Positions 55,579 through 63,725 of a stretch of 64,000 nucleotides of DNA are shown one piece after another. The DNA lies in IMG/VR virus record IMGVR_UViG_3300008262_000052. The stretch is one strand, 5' to 3'. The DNA is from a virus. Its lineage: Duplodnaviria; Heunggongvirae; Uroviricota; Caudoviricetes. Every line of letters starts with the position of its first letter. Position 1 is the stretch's first letter. The translations under genes and the position numbers were made by a program. A model generated the notes under the pieces. The model was not told where the DNA came from. It worked only from the letters and a program-made list of their open reading frames with translations, and did not search any database.

Positions 55579-56991
55579 ATGTTCGGTATTTTTGTTGGAG
55601 TTCTGTTCTTGCTTGGTGCTTTTGCAGTTCTGTTTGTTCCAGTCGATCCTATGCTACGCAAAGTAAAAACGCTTGGATCTGTTGTAATGTTTGCTTTGGC
55701 TGGTGTGTTTAGCCTTGGCGGATCTGTTGGTTATAACGACGCTGGTTTTTGCCAGCACACTCGAACTATTTTTGGTAACGAAACTTCAACTTGCGAAACC
55801 GGTTGGTATTTTGCAGGATGGGGTACTAGCACTGCGTGGCCGCATTACATTACTGTAGCACATACTCTTGATGCAACTGGTGAAAATGCAGGCACTGTGT
55901 TCCAAGGTTCGATTGCAGAGCCCTACCGTGTTCGTCTAGCAGACAACTGGACCGGTGATGTAACTCAAACTACTCGCTTTGGTATTCCGCAAGACTCTGC
56001 ACAGTTTCTTGAAATGGCACGTACCTTCCGTACACCCGAGCGTCTGATTAACACTACTCTAAAGCCTGCTGTTACTGCAAGTCTTGACAGTGTGTCTAAC
56101 ATGTTTACCATGGAAGAATACTACAGCGGCGGTAAGCGTGACCAGTTTAAGAGCGAATTCAAAGATGCAATTGAAAAAGGTCGTGCCCAAGTTCGTCAAA
56201 TCAGTCTTAACCAAGCAGGTGGTGTGATTCGTAGTCGTGCTGCTGCTAGTGACAGTGATGTAGCACAGGATACCAGCGACGTAGGCGATACTGAAGTTCG
56301 TAAAGTGTTGATGGAAAAAATTACAGACACTGCTGGTAATGATGTTCGCACACCGCACGACTTTACTGAAATTGGTGTTACTGTAGCAAGTGCTATTCTT
56401 GAAAACATTGATCCTGATGACGAATATGAACGTCAAATTGGCGAGCGTAAGAAGGCAGCAAGTCGTCGAGTTGTAGCACGTGAACAGCGTCTTGAACAGG
56501 AAGAACAGCGTTTGCTTGCTATCCAACAAGGTGAAACTGATATTGCCAAGCGTCAAGCAGAAGCAAAAGTTGAGCAAATTGAAAAGACCACTAATGCCGA
56601 AACTACCAAGAAATTGGCACTGATTGAAGCAGAACGTGTTCGTGAAGAAGCAGAAATTGCCAAGCAAACGGCTGCAATCAATCTAGACCGAGCGCGAATC
56701 GATGCCGAAGCCGTAACTGTTGCTGCCGATGCTGAAGCCTACGCCAAAGAAGCAATTCTACTTGCTGACGGTGCTCTTGCACAAAAACTGGCTGCATGGA
56801 CAGAAGCACAAAAAGTTTGGGCAGACGCTGCCAGCAAGATCAATGTTCCTGCCACTGTGATTGGCGGCGAAGGTGGAACGGCAGGTAATGCACTGGGCAC
56901 TGTAGATACTTTTATGCAGATGTTGATGATCAAGACTGCCAAAGATCTGCAAGTGGATCCAACTGTTGCTGCTACTCCTGTAAAGCAATAA
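55579..56991 (+). CDS. membrane protein, SPFH/band-7 (flotillin-like) candidate with EA-rich coiled coil
   Basis: N-terminal TM helices. C-terminal ...EQRLEQEEQRLLAIQQGE...AEAKVEQIEK...EAERVREEAEIAKQTAAINLDRARIDAEA... resembles flotillin/YqiK EA repeats. Confidence 0.45.
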   Translation: MFGIFVGVLFLLGAFAVLFVPVDPMLRKVKTLGSVVMFALAGVFSLGGSVGYNDAGFCQHTRTIFGNETSTCETGWYFAGWGTSTAWPHYITVAHTLDATGENAGTVFQGSIAEPYRVRLADNWTGDVTQTTRFGIPQDSAQFLEMARTFRTPERLINTTLKPAVTASLDSVSNMFTMEEYYSGGKRDQFKSEFKDAIEKGRAQVRQISLNQAGGVIRSRAAASDSDVAQDTSDVGDTEVRKVLMEKITDTAGNDVRTPHDFTEIGVTVASAILENIDPDDEYERQIGERKKAASRRVVAREQRLEQEEQRLLAIQQGETDIAKRQAEAKVEQIEKTTNAETTKKLALIEAERVREEAEIAKQTAAINLDRARIDAEAVTVAADAEAYAKEAILLADGALAQKLAAWTEAQKVWADAASKINVPATVIGGEGGTAGNALGTVDTFMQMLMIKTAKDLQVDPTVAATPVKQ

Positions 56992-56998
56992 AAAGATC

Positions 56999-57021
56999 AG
57001 GGCCTTAGGGCCCTTTTCTCT
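56999..57021 (+). terminator. rho-independent terminator
   Basis: GGGCC-TTAG-GGCCC followed by TTTTCTCTT. Confidence 0.7.
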
Positions 57022-57075
57022 TGACCGGTTGTAGAACAAAATTGCAAATGTTTGTTCTTACACGTTTTAATCTAA

Positions 57076-57103
57076 TTGACAACTAACACAAATACTGTAT
57101 ATT
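57076..57103 (+). promoter_or_regulatory. sigma70-like promoter TTGACA-N16-TATATT
   Basis: Upstream of the 57122 gene. Confidence 0.5.
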
Positions 57104-57121
57104 AAACACATACAAGGAGCA

Positions 57122-57451
57122 ATGCTGATGAAACTGCTTGATACTTTGAAATGGATGTGGGATCCTCGTACTGAGGATCAGAAACGTTACGAAACTGATC
57201 CACTGCGTCGTTATACACAAAACTTCCGTATTTACATCAAAGGCGTGGACACGCCGTTTAATCGCGTTATCGAATTTGATGATGCGAGTTTTGGCAATTT
57301 TATGATGCGAGTTCATCTCGAAGATGACGTTCGAGAGTGGCTTGACAAACGTGCTACTAAAGGCATTACAATTGATAAAACTTGGTATGCACCTGATCAG
57401 ATTGTGCGTATTGAAATTGGAGAACACACTGTGGAGAATATCAATGAGTGA
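57122..57451 (+). CDS. hypothetical protein
   Basis: 109 aa ORF. RBS AAGGAG. Confidence 0.45.
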   Translation: MLMKLLDTLKWMWDPRTEDQKRYETDPLRRYTQNFRIYIKGVDTPFNRVIEFDDASFGNFMMRVHLEDDVREWLDKRATKGITIDKTWYAPDQIVRIEIGEHTVENINE

Positions 57452-57650
57452 TTTTGAAAACGTACACCGTCTTGCAGTTTGGATTATCAGCACTATTGGT
57501 AAAAATCAAGCACATTACATGAAAGATGGTGCTGTAGTATGGGACTGGGTTGCTGCTGAGATTTGGAACAACTATCACGGCATCTTTAACGAGTTTGTAA
57601 TCAACGATGCAATTGACTTTATTATGGAAGCCGCAGAGAATTCACAATGA
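57444..57650 (+). CDS. hypothetical protein
   Basis: Internal ATG of ORF 57324 that gives an ATGAGTGA overlap with the upstream stop. Confidence 0.4.
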   Translation: MSDFENVHRLAVWIISTIGKNQAHYMKDGAVVWDWVAAEIWNNYHGIFNEFVINDAIDFIMEAAENSQ

Positions 57651-57913
57651 CACACAACATTGAATGGGAAAGTGAACACCCTGAGTTCACAGAAAATCAG
57701 CGTAAAAAGATCGCTCAAGAACTTGCTCATCTAACAGAAGAATTGGATCAGCCCAGTGACCTAATCTTCCATCACATCTGGCTTACTGAAGATACAGATG
57801 GCCCTGCGATTATGGTTTACGGAAAACCTGATCACAACGATACTTTCTTTATGTCTTACTATGAAGAAACCAAATGGGTTACATTGGATGAAGATGATGC
57901 GTTGGAAAACTGA
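57647..57913 (+). CDS. hypothetical protein
   Basis: 88 aa ORF. Confidence 0.45.
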   Translation: MTHNIEWESEHPEFTENQRKKIAQELAHLTEELDQPSDLIFHHIWLTEDTDGPAIMVYGKPDHNDTFFMSYYEETKWVTLDEDDALEN

Positions 57914-58127
57914 CAAACAAAAAACAGGCGACAGACGTGTAGTAAAGTACTTTGCATTTTGTCCTACTGAACTAAACGACGGACACACTGTTTGGCTAGA
58001 ACACTACTATGCCCTAGAAACCTGGGACGATGGCACAACCGGCACAGGCTTTGGCTATTGGAAAACCAAACTAACCAGCGTACAACACTTCGACAATCCA
58101 AGCACAGGATCATCTACTGGAGGATAA
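57894..58127 (+). CDS. hypothetical protein
   Basis: Internal ATGATG of ORF 57798 overlapping the upstream stop. Confidence 0.4.
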   Translation: MMRWKTDKQKTGDRRVVKYFAFCPTELNDGHTVWLEHYYALETWDDGTTGTGFGYWKTKLTSVQHFDNPSTGSSTGG

Positions 58128-58128
58128 C

Positions 58129-58509
58129 ATGCAAGAAAAAACAGATCCAAACGTATACGTACTCTGTGATTATGGTGCTACTGGTGAAGGTCGCACTGTA
58201 ATGACAATGGTGACTCGTGCTAGCCCGCGTCAGGACGACTATGTAAACAAGAGTTATATTGACGAAAACGGGCGTTGGCAATTTGACAAAACTACTAAAA
58301 ACACACCGGAGGAACGTGCCCTTAACGAGTTCAAAGAACACTTTGGAGACTATTATGCTATGGGCGCAGAGGTACTAGATCGTGTAGAGTTTTTTGACCG
58401 TGCTGGAAAATTTGTACCAGAAGTACTTTACAAACTCACTGATCCAGAAGGCAATGATAATCCTCCAGGATTTCATTGGACTGGTTCTTTCCACTACAAC
58501 TATAGTTGA
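58129..58509 (+). CDS. hypothetical protein
   Basis: 126 aa ORF. Confidence 0.5.
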   Translation: MQEKTDPNVYVLCDYGATGEGRTVMTMVTRASPRQDDYVNKSYIDENGRWQFDKTTKNTPEERALNEFKEHFGDYYAMGAEVLDRVEFFDRAGKFVPEVLYKLTDPEGNDNPPGFHWTGSFHYNYS

Positions 58510-58564
58510 TCAAATTTATTAATATTGTTGACTTACTTGGATAAGTAGTTTAAAGGGGAACACT

Positions 58565-58948
58565 ATGCCTGCAAATATTAAACTTTACGCTTTTACATAC
58601 GACCACAACACAGTTGAGTCAGAAAATCTGCACAACGTAAGTGTTGCAATTGGTGTCTTAGGAAGAAAGAAAAAAATAACAGGATCAGCAACTGGTGATA
58701 TTGCTATAGCATATGACATCAGTAAAGACGGCATTTATGCTTCTGCACATGTCCTGTTGAACGAAGCAGATAAACACAGTTACTGGGGCGAAGATTCTGA
58801 TAAAAGTTTTCCGTACCAATATACAACACATATCTTAGCAGAACGCCAATTAGTTGATTATCAAAACAAAGATGAAATCAAAGACAACAGTGATGTGTTA
58901 CATGCTATCTATCAACAACTGGTACAAAAGTCTCTAGACAAGCGTTAA
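58565..58948 (+). CDS. hypothetical protein
   Basis: 127 aa ORF. RBS AAAGGGGAA. Confidence 0.5.
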   Translation: MPANIKLYAFTYDHNTVESENLHNVSVAIGVLGRKKKITGSATGDIAIAYDISKDGIYASAHVLLNEADKHSYWGEDSDKSFPYQYTTHILAERQLVDYQNKDEIKDNSDVLHAIYQQLVQKSLDKR

Positions 58949-59126
58949 CCAAATTTGAGTTTTTGTCTCAAAGAGATAAATATAATACAACAAAGGACAA
59001 AGAAGTTCAATGAAACTCTCGACCACAACAGTGCAGTTATGGACAGCCGGATCAAGTAATCCAGGCGTTGACCTATGCTCTGGAGGGGTACGAGACTAAG
59101 AACAAACCGAGTTCGCAAAGTTTCAA

Positions 59127-59158
59127 AACCCTCCTAGCAAAACTGGGAGGGTTTTTTC
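59127..59158 (+). terminator. rho-independent terminator (same family as 44813)
   Basis: CCCTCC-TAGCAAAACTG-GGAGGG followed by TTTTTT. Confidence 0.75.
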
Positions 59159-59179
59159 ATTAGTAGTTCAAAAAGACGG

Positions 59180-59208
59180 TTGACAAGTACAGGCACACAC
59201 TATATAAC
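59180..59208 (+). promoter_or_regulatory. sigma70-like promoter TTGACA-N17-TATAAC
   Basis: Start of the tRNA/ncRNA transcription unit. Confidence 0.5.
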
Positions 59209-59270
59209 ACATACATAGGACGCAAAGAACAACAGTTTAGATGCTCCGAAAATAAAAAAGAAAAAAACAG

Positions 59271-59299
59271 TTGACACAGTAAAAAATATACGCTATGTT
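59271..59299 (+). promoter_or_regulatory. sigma70-like promoter TTGACA-N17-TATGTT with conserved leader
   Basis: Followed at 59323 by ACGCAAGTTACACGCTCTTTGAAAATTTAG, a leader motif repeated at 62069. Confidence 0.5.
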
Positions 59300-59679
59300 A
59301 ACTAAACAAACAGTAACGCAAGTTACACGCTCTTTGAAAATTTAGATCAGTTGTTTTGTTTCGTTTAGAAACTTCAAACAACACCTACATAGACGAAAGT
59401 CGATAATTGTGGGGTAAGTAGAGAATGACTCTACTTACACATGCTAATGAATAGAAGTAAACACGGTTCGAGTCCGTGGTCCGTTGGGTTGCGGTGTGCT
59501 GTTCGAGTCAGCTTAACTACGCGGTGTAGCAAATAGGACGGCGGTCCGCTTGTAGGTGCAAATCCTACACGTTAGCAGTTGTAAGTAGAGTTTATTTACA
59601 CATACACAGATATACTCGCAGAGGGCCGTCCGGAGGTCGTTATGCTAAGTTTCTGTGTAGCTGTAAGTAGAGTTAGTGT

Positions 59680-59755
59680 TCCTCGTTAGCTCAGTTGGTA
59701 GAGTATTTGACTGTTAATCAAAGTGTCGCTGGTTCGAGCCCAGCACGAGGAGCCA
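59680..59755 (+). tRNA. tRNA-Asn(GTT)
   Basis: Acceptor TCCTCGT/ACGAGGA. Anticodon arm TTTGA-CTGTTAA-TCAAA. T-arm GCTGG-TTCGAGC-CCAGC. CCA encoded. Confidence 0.85.
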
Positions 59756-59774
59756 AATATACGGAGCGTGGGCC

Positions 59775-59851
59775 GGACGGTAAGGCACAGTTGGGAGAGC
59801 GTATGCTTTGCAAGCATAATGTCGCCGGTTCGATCCCGGCAGGGTCCACCA
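59775..59851 (+). tRNA. tRNA-Ala(TGC), irregular acceptor
   Basis: D-arm AGTTGGGAGAGC. Anticodon arm TATGC-TTTGCAA-GCATA. T-arm GCCGG-TTCGATC-CCGGC. The acceptor pairs only 5 of 7. Confidence 0.5.
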
Positions 59852-60074
59852 TTAATATAATCACTGTTTTCCGAGGGGCTAGAAAAGCCGCGTTGAACAT
59901 TGTGTAAGTTGTTTAACTTGAACAGTACTGCACAATCAGTAAACACGGTATCAAAGTTGCAGTCCGAGACCAGTTAAGAACTTGAAGATTAACGGGGAAG
60001 CCCAGAGATTAACAAGCAATTAACAAATCCCGCTTTGATGGCAAGTTTTCTAGTCACGCGGTAAACAGTGATAT

Positions 60075-60149
60075 GCGGAATTAGCTCAGTGGTAGAGCCC
60101 CTCGTTTACACCGAGGTTGTCGGGAGTTCGACCCTCTCATTCCGCACCA
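60075..60149 (+). tRNA. tRNA-Val(TAC)
   Basis: Anticodon arm CCTCG-TTTACAC-CGAGG. Acceptor GCGGAAT/ATTCCGC. CCA encoded. Confidence 0.85.
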
Positions 60150-60155
60150 ATATAT

Positions 60156-60231
60156 GCAGGTGTAGCTCAGTTGGTAGAGCGTCGGTCTCCAAAACCGAAT
60201 GTCCAGGGTTCAAGTCCTTGCTCCTGTGCCA
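60156..60231 (+). tRNA. tRNA-Trp(CCA)
   Basis: Anticodon arm TCGGT-CTCCAAA-ACCGA. T-arm CAGGG-TTCAAGT-CCTTG. CCA encoded. Confidence 0.8.
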
Positions 60232-60238
60232 AAAATAC

Positions 60239-60326
60239 GGAAGTGTGGCCGAGTGGTTGATGGCTCTAGTCTTGAAAACTAGCGTACCGCAAGGTACCGT
60301 GAGTTCGAATCTCACCGCTTCCGCCA
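60239..60326 (+). tRNA. tRNA-Ser(TGA)
   Basis: Anticodon arm CTAGT-CTTGAAA-ACTAG. Long variable arm GTACC-GCAA-GGTAC. T-arm GTGAG-TTCGAAT-CTCAC. CCA encoded. Confidence 0.85.
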
Positions 60327-60516
60327 TAATAAACACACTGTGAACCTCCTAGTAGCGTAAGCATAGCATCGTGAGTAACTGTTTGAAATAGCAGTGCGTG
60401 GCTTTAAATAGCATATCAACACTAGATGTTGGTTTGGAACGGCGTAGTATACAGTGTTGCATCACACCTTTCACATAGTGGTGGGACGGAACTTGTAAGC
60501 CGTGTGTGATGCTTTT

Positions 60517-60592
60517 GGCCTGTTGGTAAAGTGGTTAATACGTCTGCCTGTCACGCAGAAGAACACCGGTTCGATCCCGGTACAGGTCGCCA
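60517..60592 (+). tRNA. tRNA-Asp(GTC)
   Basis: Anticodon arm TCTGC-CTGTCAC-GCAGA. T-arm ACCGG-TTCGATC-CCGGT. CCA encoded. Confidence 0.75.
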
Positions 60593-60599
60593 ATATAAT

Positions 60600-60673
60600 G
60601 CGGGTATGGTGTAGCGGTAACATGCGAGCCTTCCAAGCTCTTGTCACGAGTTCGAATCTCGTTACCCGCTCCA
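60600..60673 (+). tRNA. tRNA-Gly(TCC)
   Basis: Anticodon loop CTTCCAA. Acceptor GCGGGTA/TACCCGC. Discriminator T. CCA encoded. Confidence 0.8.
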
Positions 60674-60683
60674 AAAAGTTTTT

Positions 60684-60759
60684 GCCCTTATAGCTCAGCT
60701 GGTAGAGCACCTGATTTGTAATCAGGGGGTCGCGGGTTCAAGTCCTGCTGGGGGCACCA
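60684..60759 (+). tRNA. tRNA-Thr(TGT)
   Basis: Anticodon arm CCTGA-TTTGTAA-TCAGG. T-arm GCGGG-TTCAAGT-CCTGC. CCA encoded. Confidence 0.85.
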
Positions 60760-60764
60760 TTAAT

Positions 60765-60846
60765 GCGGATATGGTGTAATGGTAGCCACGCTAGTCTTAG
60801 GAACTAGTGCGTAAGCGTGGGGGTTCGAGTCCCTCTATCCGCACCA
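60765..60846 (+). tRNA. tRNA-Leu(TAG)
   Basis: Anticodon arm CTAGT-CTTAGGA-ACTAG. Long variable arm. Acceptor GCGGATA/TATCCGC. CCA encoded. Confidence 0.8.
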
Positions 60847-60852
60847 AAATGT

Positions 60853-60928
60853 TGGGAAGTAGCTCAATTGGTAGAGTACCGGACTTTGAATCCGTTGGTT
60901 GGTGGTTCGAATCCACCCTTCCCAGCCA
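60853..60928 (+). tRNA. tRNA-Gln(TTG)
   Basis: Anticodon loop CTTTGAA. U1:A72 acceptor TGGGAAG/CTTCCCA. T-arm GGTGG-TTCGAAT-CCACC. CCA encoded. Confidence 0.8.
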
Positions 60929-60934
60929 GTATAT

Positions 60935-61011
60935 CGGAGTGTAGCTCAGTTTGGTAGAGCGCTTGGTTTGGGACCAAGATGTCGTGGGTTCAAATCCTGT
61001 CACTCCGACCA
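60935..61011 (+). tRNA. tRNA-Pro(TGG)
   Basis: C1:G72 acceptor CGGAGTG/CACTCCG. Anticodon arm CTTGG-TTTGGGA-CCAAG. CCA encoded. Confidence 0.8.
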
Positions 61012-61103
61012 TTAAACTGTTGATCAAACTTCGTCCGATACCGATTGGTTAGAAGACGATGACGATATTGATTACGAAGATCTATATGAGGGATAAATAA
61101 AAT

Positions 61104-61817
61104 ATGCACTTTGTATCAAGCGGATGCTCATTTACATACGACAATCATACTTGGCCCTTTCATTTTGCAAAAAAAATGAAATATGCCCATTACCCAATGG
61201 GATTGGGCAGTAATGGAAATGAGCATATCGCTAGACGTGCAATTTATCAAGTTAATGATTTATTCAAAAACAATGTAGAATCGAAAGATATAGTAGTTGG
61301 GGTTATGTGGAGTGCTGCCAACAGAGCATCATTTTATGTAGAAAACTCATTTGTATTAAATCAATTATCAAAGCCAAACATATCCGAAGCCAGTCACCTA
61401 GCGTGGCCAAAAAATGATCCTGCAGGCAAATGGGTATTGATTAATGCAAGTTTTCCTAGTCGATTTTCAACGAATCATTATAAGATTTATACAAACAACA
61501 CATTTGATTTAATCAGAACCTATGAAAATATTCTAAGATTGCAAAATTACTTGAAAGTAAATAATATAAAATACTTTTTTAGTAATATGAATCAAAGCAC
61601 ATTTGATGAGAGTAATGTCAATACTATGCAAACAGAATATTTAAAAGAAATGGTAGACTGGACAAGATTTGTACCAGTTAAGGGTTGCTACGAATGGTCT
61701 AGAGATAACATGCCCAACGACTTTCCTACACCGGGAGATGATCATCCTTCAGGAAAACAACACGAAGCATTTGCTGAAAATGTGGTTATTCCATTTTATA
61801 ATAATTTGCCGGTATAG
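61104..61817 (+). CDS. SGNH/GDSL-family hydrolase
   Basis: N-terminal HFVSSGCSFTYD (block I-like). C-terminal GDDHPSGKQHEAFAE (block V DxxHP). 237 aa. Confidence 0.6.
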   Translation: MHFVSSGCSFTYDNHTWPFHFAKKMKYAHYPMGLGSNGNEHIARRAIYQVNDLFKNNVESKDIVVGVMWSAANRASFYVENSFVLNQLSKPNISEASHLAWPKNDPAGKWVLINASFPSRFSTNHYKIYTNNTFDLIRTYENILRLQNYLKVNNIKYFFSNMNQSTFDESNVNTMQTEYLKEMVDWTRFVPVKGCYEWSRDNMPNDFPTPGDDHPSGKQHEAFAENVVIPFYNNLPV

Positions 61818-61883
61818 CTCATTTGGTAGAGCAGTTGATTAGTAATCATCAGGTGGGGAGTTCGAATCTCTCTACCGGCACCA
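61808..61883 (+). tRNA. tRNA with anticodon-loop TTAGTAA (apparent anticodon AGT, Thr-decoding)
   Basis: Acceptor GCCGGTA/TACCGGC. D-arm GCTC-ATTTGGTA-GAGC. T-arm GGGAG-TTCGAAT-CTCTC. CCA encoded. Starts 9 nt before the upstream CDS stop. Confidence 0.5.
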
Positions 61884-61930
61884 TTAAATTGTCTACATAG
61901 TGAATTTAATAATCACTACAAACTTAAAAT

Positions 61931-62005
61931 GCGGGTGTAGCTCAGGGGTAGAGCGGCTGCTTGCCAAGCACCAGGTCACGGGTTCGAATCCCGTTACCCG
62001 CTCCA
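61931..62005 (+). tRNA. tRNA-Gly(GCC)
   Basis: Anticodon loop TTGCCAA. Acceptor GCGGGTG/TACCCGC. T-arm ACGGG-TTCGAAT-CCCGT. Discriminator T. CCA encoded. Confidence 0.8.
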
Positions 62006-62034
62006 AAAAAAAATAAAAAAAGATAAAAAAGTGG

Positions 62035-62063
62035 TTGACCTTTGGTGCAACATGCACTATATT
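62035..62063 (+). promoter_or_regulatory. sigma70-like promoter TTGACC-N17-TATATT with conserved leader
   Basis: Followed at 62069 by GTAAGCAAGAAGTTGTTTACACGCTCTTTGATAATTTGG, the same TTACACGCTCTTTGAWAATTT leader as at 59323. Confidence 0.5.
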
Positions 62064-62734
62064 AAACAAGTAAGCAAGAAGTTGTTTACACGCTCTTTGA
62101 TAATTTGGTAAACACTGTGTTTACACAGGTATATTGGGTAGTAGCACTGTCAAGTAACTAGGGTGGTTCCTAGCGAAACAACAGGGCCACACGCTACTGA
62201 CAATAAGTTGAAATGGCAATGCTAACCACTATGTCTATCGACTGACGATAAGATAAACAATATATCGTTGTAAACACAGTAAGATGGGCGGCTTAGCGTC
62301 CACGTAAGGGTAAGTGCAGTAATGCACCCAAAGCAAGGTTTCCTATAAACTTGCGCCAGCAATGGTCCATCTAAGCAAGCCTGAACTAGAGTTGACTCGG
62401 GTACCGAAAGCAACTCCCGTCCGTAGAAAGGCGGTAGGCAGTAAGTTAGGAATAGTGTCCGAAAGGATAGTCGCAGAGCCGGTCGGTGAGCGATAAGAGG
62501 GTTGGCGCCCAAACACTGTTCAGCCAAACTAACGAATGCTGAAAGTTAACAGGTAGTTAACTAGTCTGAGCCCGCAAGCAAAGGCAAGTTAGCATCTTGA
62601 GAGTGGAAGGGTTAGGCCCCGGATACTTAAAAAGACGTTGAGTAGCCCGCAAGGCAAAAGACAGTCGGTGTGTTGTATTTTGCGTCTAACAAGACGTGAA
62701 GCAACTGGGACAGCACATCGAAGTAGGTTCGCAA

Positions 62735-62810
62735 ATAGCTCAGCGGTAGAGCAATTCCATTGAACGGAATCGGCGAAGGTTCAATCCCTTCTTTGATAAA
62801 CAAAAGCGAA
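62735..62810 (+). pseudogene. tRNA-like element with TGA anticodon and no long variable arm
   Basis: D-arm TAGCTCAGCGGTAGAGC. Anticodon arm ATTCC-ATTGAAC-GGAAT. T-arm GAAGG-TTCAATC-CCTTC. The acceptor pairs only 5 of 7 and there is no CCA. Confidence 0.3.
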
Positions 62811-63325
62811 AGACTGTCCCGGTACGTTGTGAAAGGTGGTTAATGCCACACTCGCAAGAGAATGTGGTCTACGGATGCTCGCAAGGCTGATGTAGTTGTT
62901 CGGAAAGATAGCGTAACGGTTTAGCGACTGTGAACTGCTCGCAAGGCAGACGAAAGATAGAAGGACGAGTAGCAACGTGCGACGAGAGAAACGCCACTCT
63001 CCAAAAAAGGCACCACTGGGAGATACAAGATGACCGTAAAAGGCTCTTGTGGATAACGACAGAACGTGGCTCGCAAGGCTAACGGTAATGGTCAAAGGCT
63101 CCTACAGCAAGGCATAATCTCAGCCTATGCAAAAATTAAGTTTTTTTAACTTAACTTGTTGAACAGTTTTCGAGTTCCGACCCACTTGGCTGTAGGCGAC
63201 TACTCCATTTCCGAGACTGTTCAACTAGTTAAGTCTGTTTACACATACATCCCGTAGATGAGGGTCGGCCACCCAAACTTTACTGAAACACGCAATGCGC
63301 TGGGGTGTATGTGTAAACAGAATAT

Positions 63326-63401
63326 TGCGGGGTAGAGAAGCGGCATCTCGACTGGCTCATAACCAGTAAATCGCAGGTTCGAGTCCTGCCCACCGCAACC
63401 A
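63326..63401 (+). tRNA. tRNA with CAT anticodon (elongator Met or Ile2/lysidine type)
   Basis: D-arm GAGA-AGCGGCA-TCTC. Anticodon arm ACTGG-CTCATAA-CCAGT. T-arm GCAGG-TTCGAGT-CCTGC. One extra nucleotide at the T/acceptor junction. CCA encoded. Confidence 0.6.
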
Positions 63402-63626
63402 ATTTTAGCCTGCACCTTGGGGGTGTAAGGGAAGTGAGTCGACCGCGACCCGGCGATATGCTATAGGTTATTGCTAGGCTAATTACTATATTGTTTAAAG
63501 GAGTAAGGATAAAAAACATTCTAGTCCTTACGTAGGTGTAAAAACAGACACATAGTTGTTTGAACGCAGCTGGGCCCGATAAATTTGTACTAGACAAGTG
63601 CTGATGCCACCTTTAAACAACACTTT

Positions 63627-63710
63627 GCCCTAGTGGTGTAATGGTAGCCACGGAAGATTCAAAATCTTTTGCCGCAAGGCGTGGGGGTTCAAGTCCCTCC
63701 TGGGGCACCA
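63627..63710 (+). tRNA. tRNA-Leu(CAA)
   Basis: Anticodon arm GAAGA-TTCAAAA-TCTTT. Variable arm GCC-GCAA-GGC. T-arm GGGGG-TTCAAGT-CCCTC. Acceptor GCCCTAG/CTGGGGC. CCA encoded. Confidence 0.8.
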
Positions 63711-63725
63711 AATAATAAATACTAT

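Noticed and set aside
59686-61027. ORFs 59686-59946 minus, 59695-59907, 59718-59900 minus, 60068-60343, 60106-60336 minus, 60471-60710 minus, 60502-60693 and 60797-61027 minus.
   Set aside because: All lie across consecutive tRNA genes. Spurious.
62040-63325. CRISPR array interpretation of the CGCAAG-repeat region.
   Set aside because: The repeats are short, degenerate and irregularly spaced. There are no uniform spacers and no cas genes. This fits a structured RNA or degenerate tandem units better.
62222-63597. Minus-strand ORFs 62222-62527, 62781-63095 and 63280-63597.
   Set aside because: They sit inside the ORF-free structured repeat region or across a tRNA. No RBS. The amino-acid composition is low-complexity Ser/Leu/Arg, typical of out-of-frame GC-moderate sequence.
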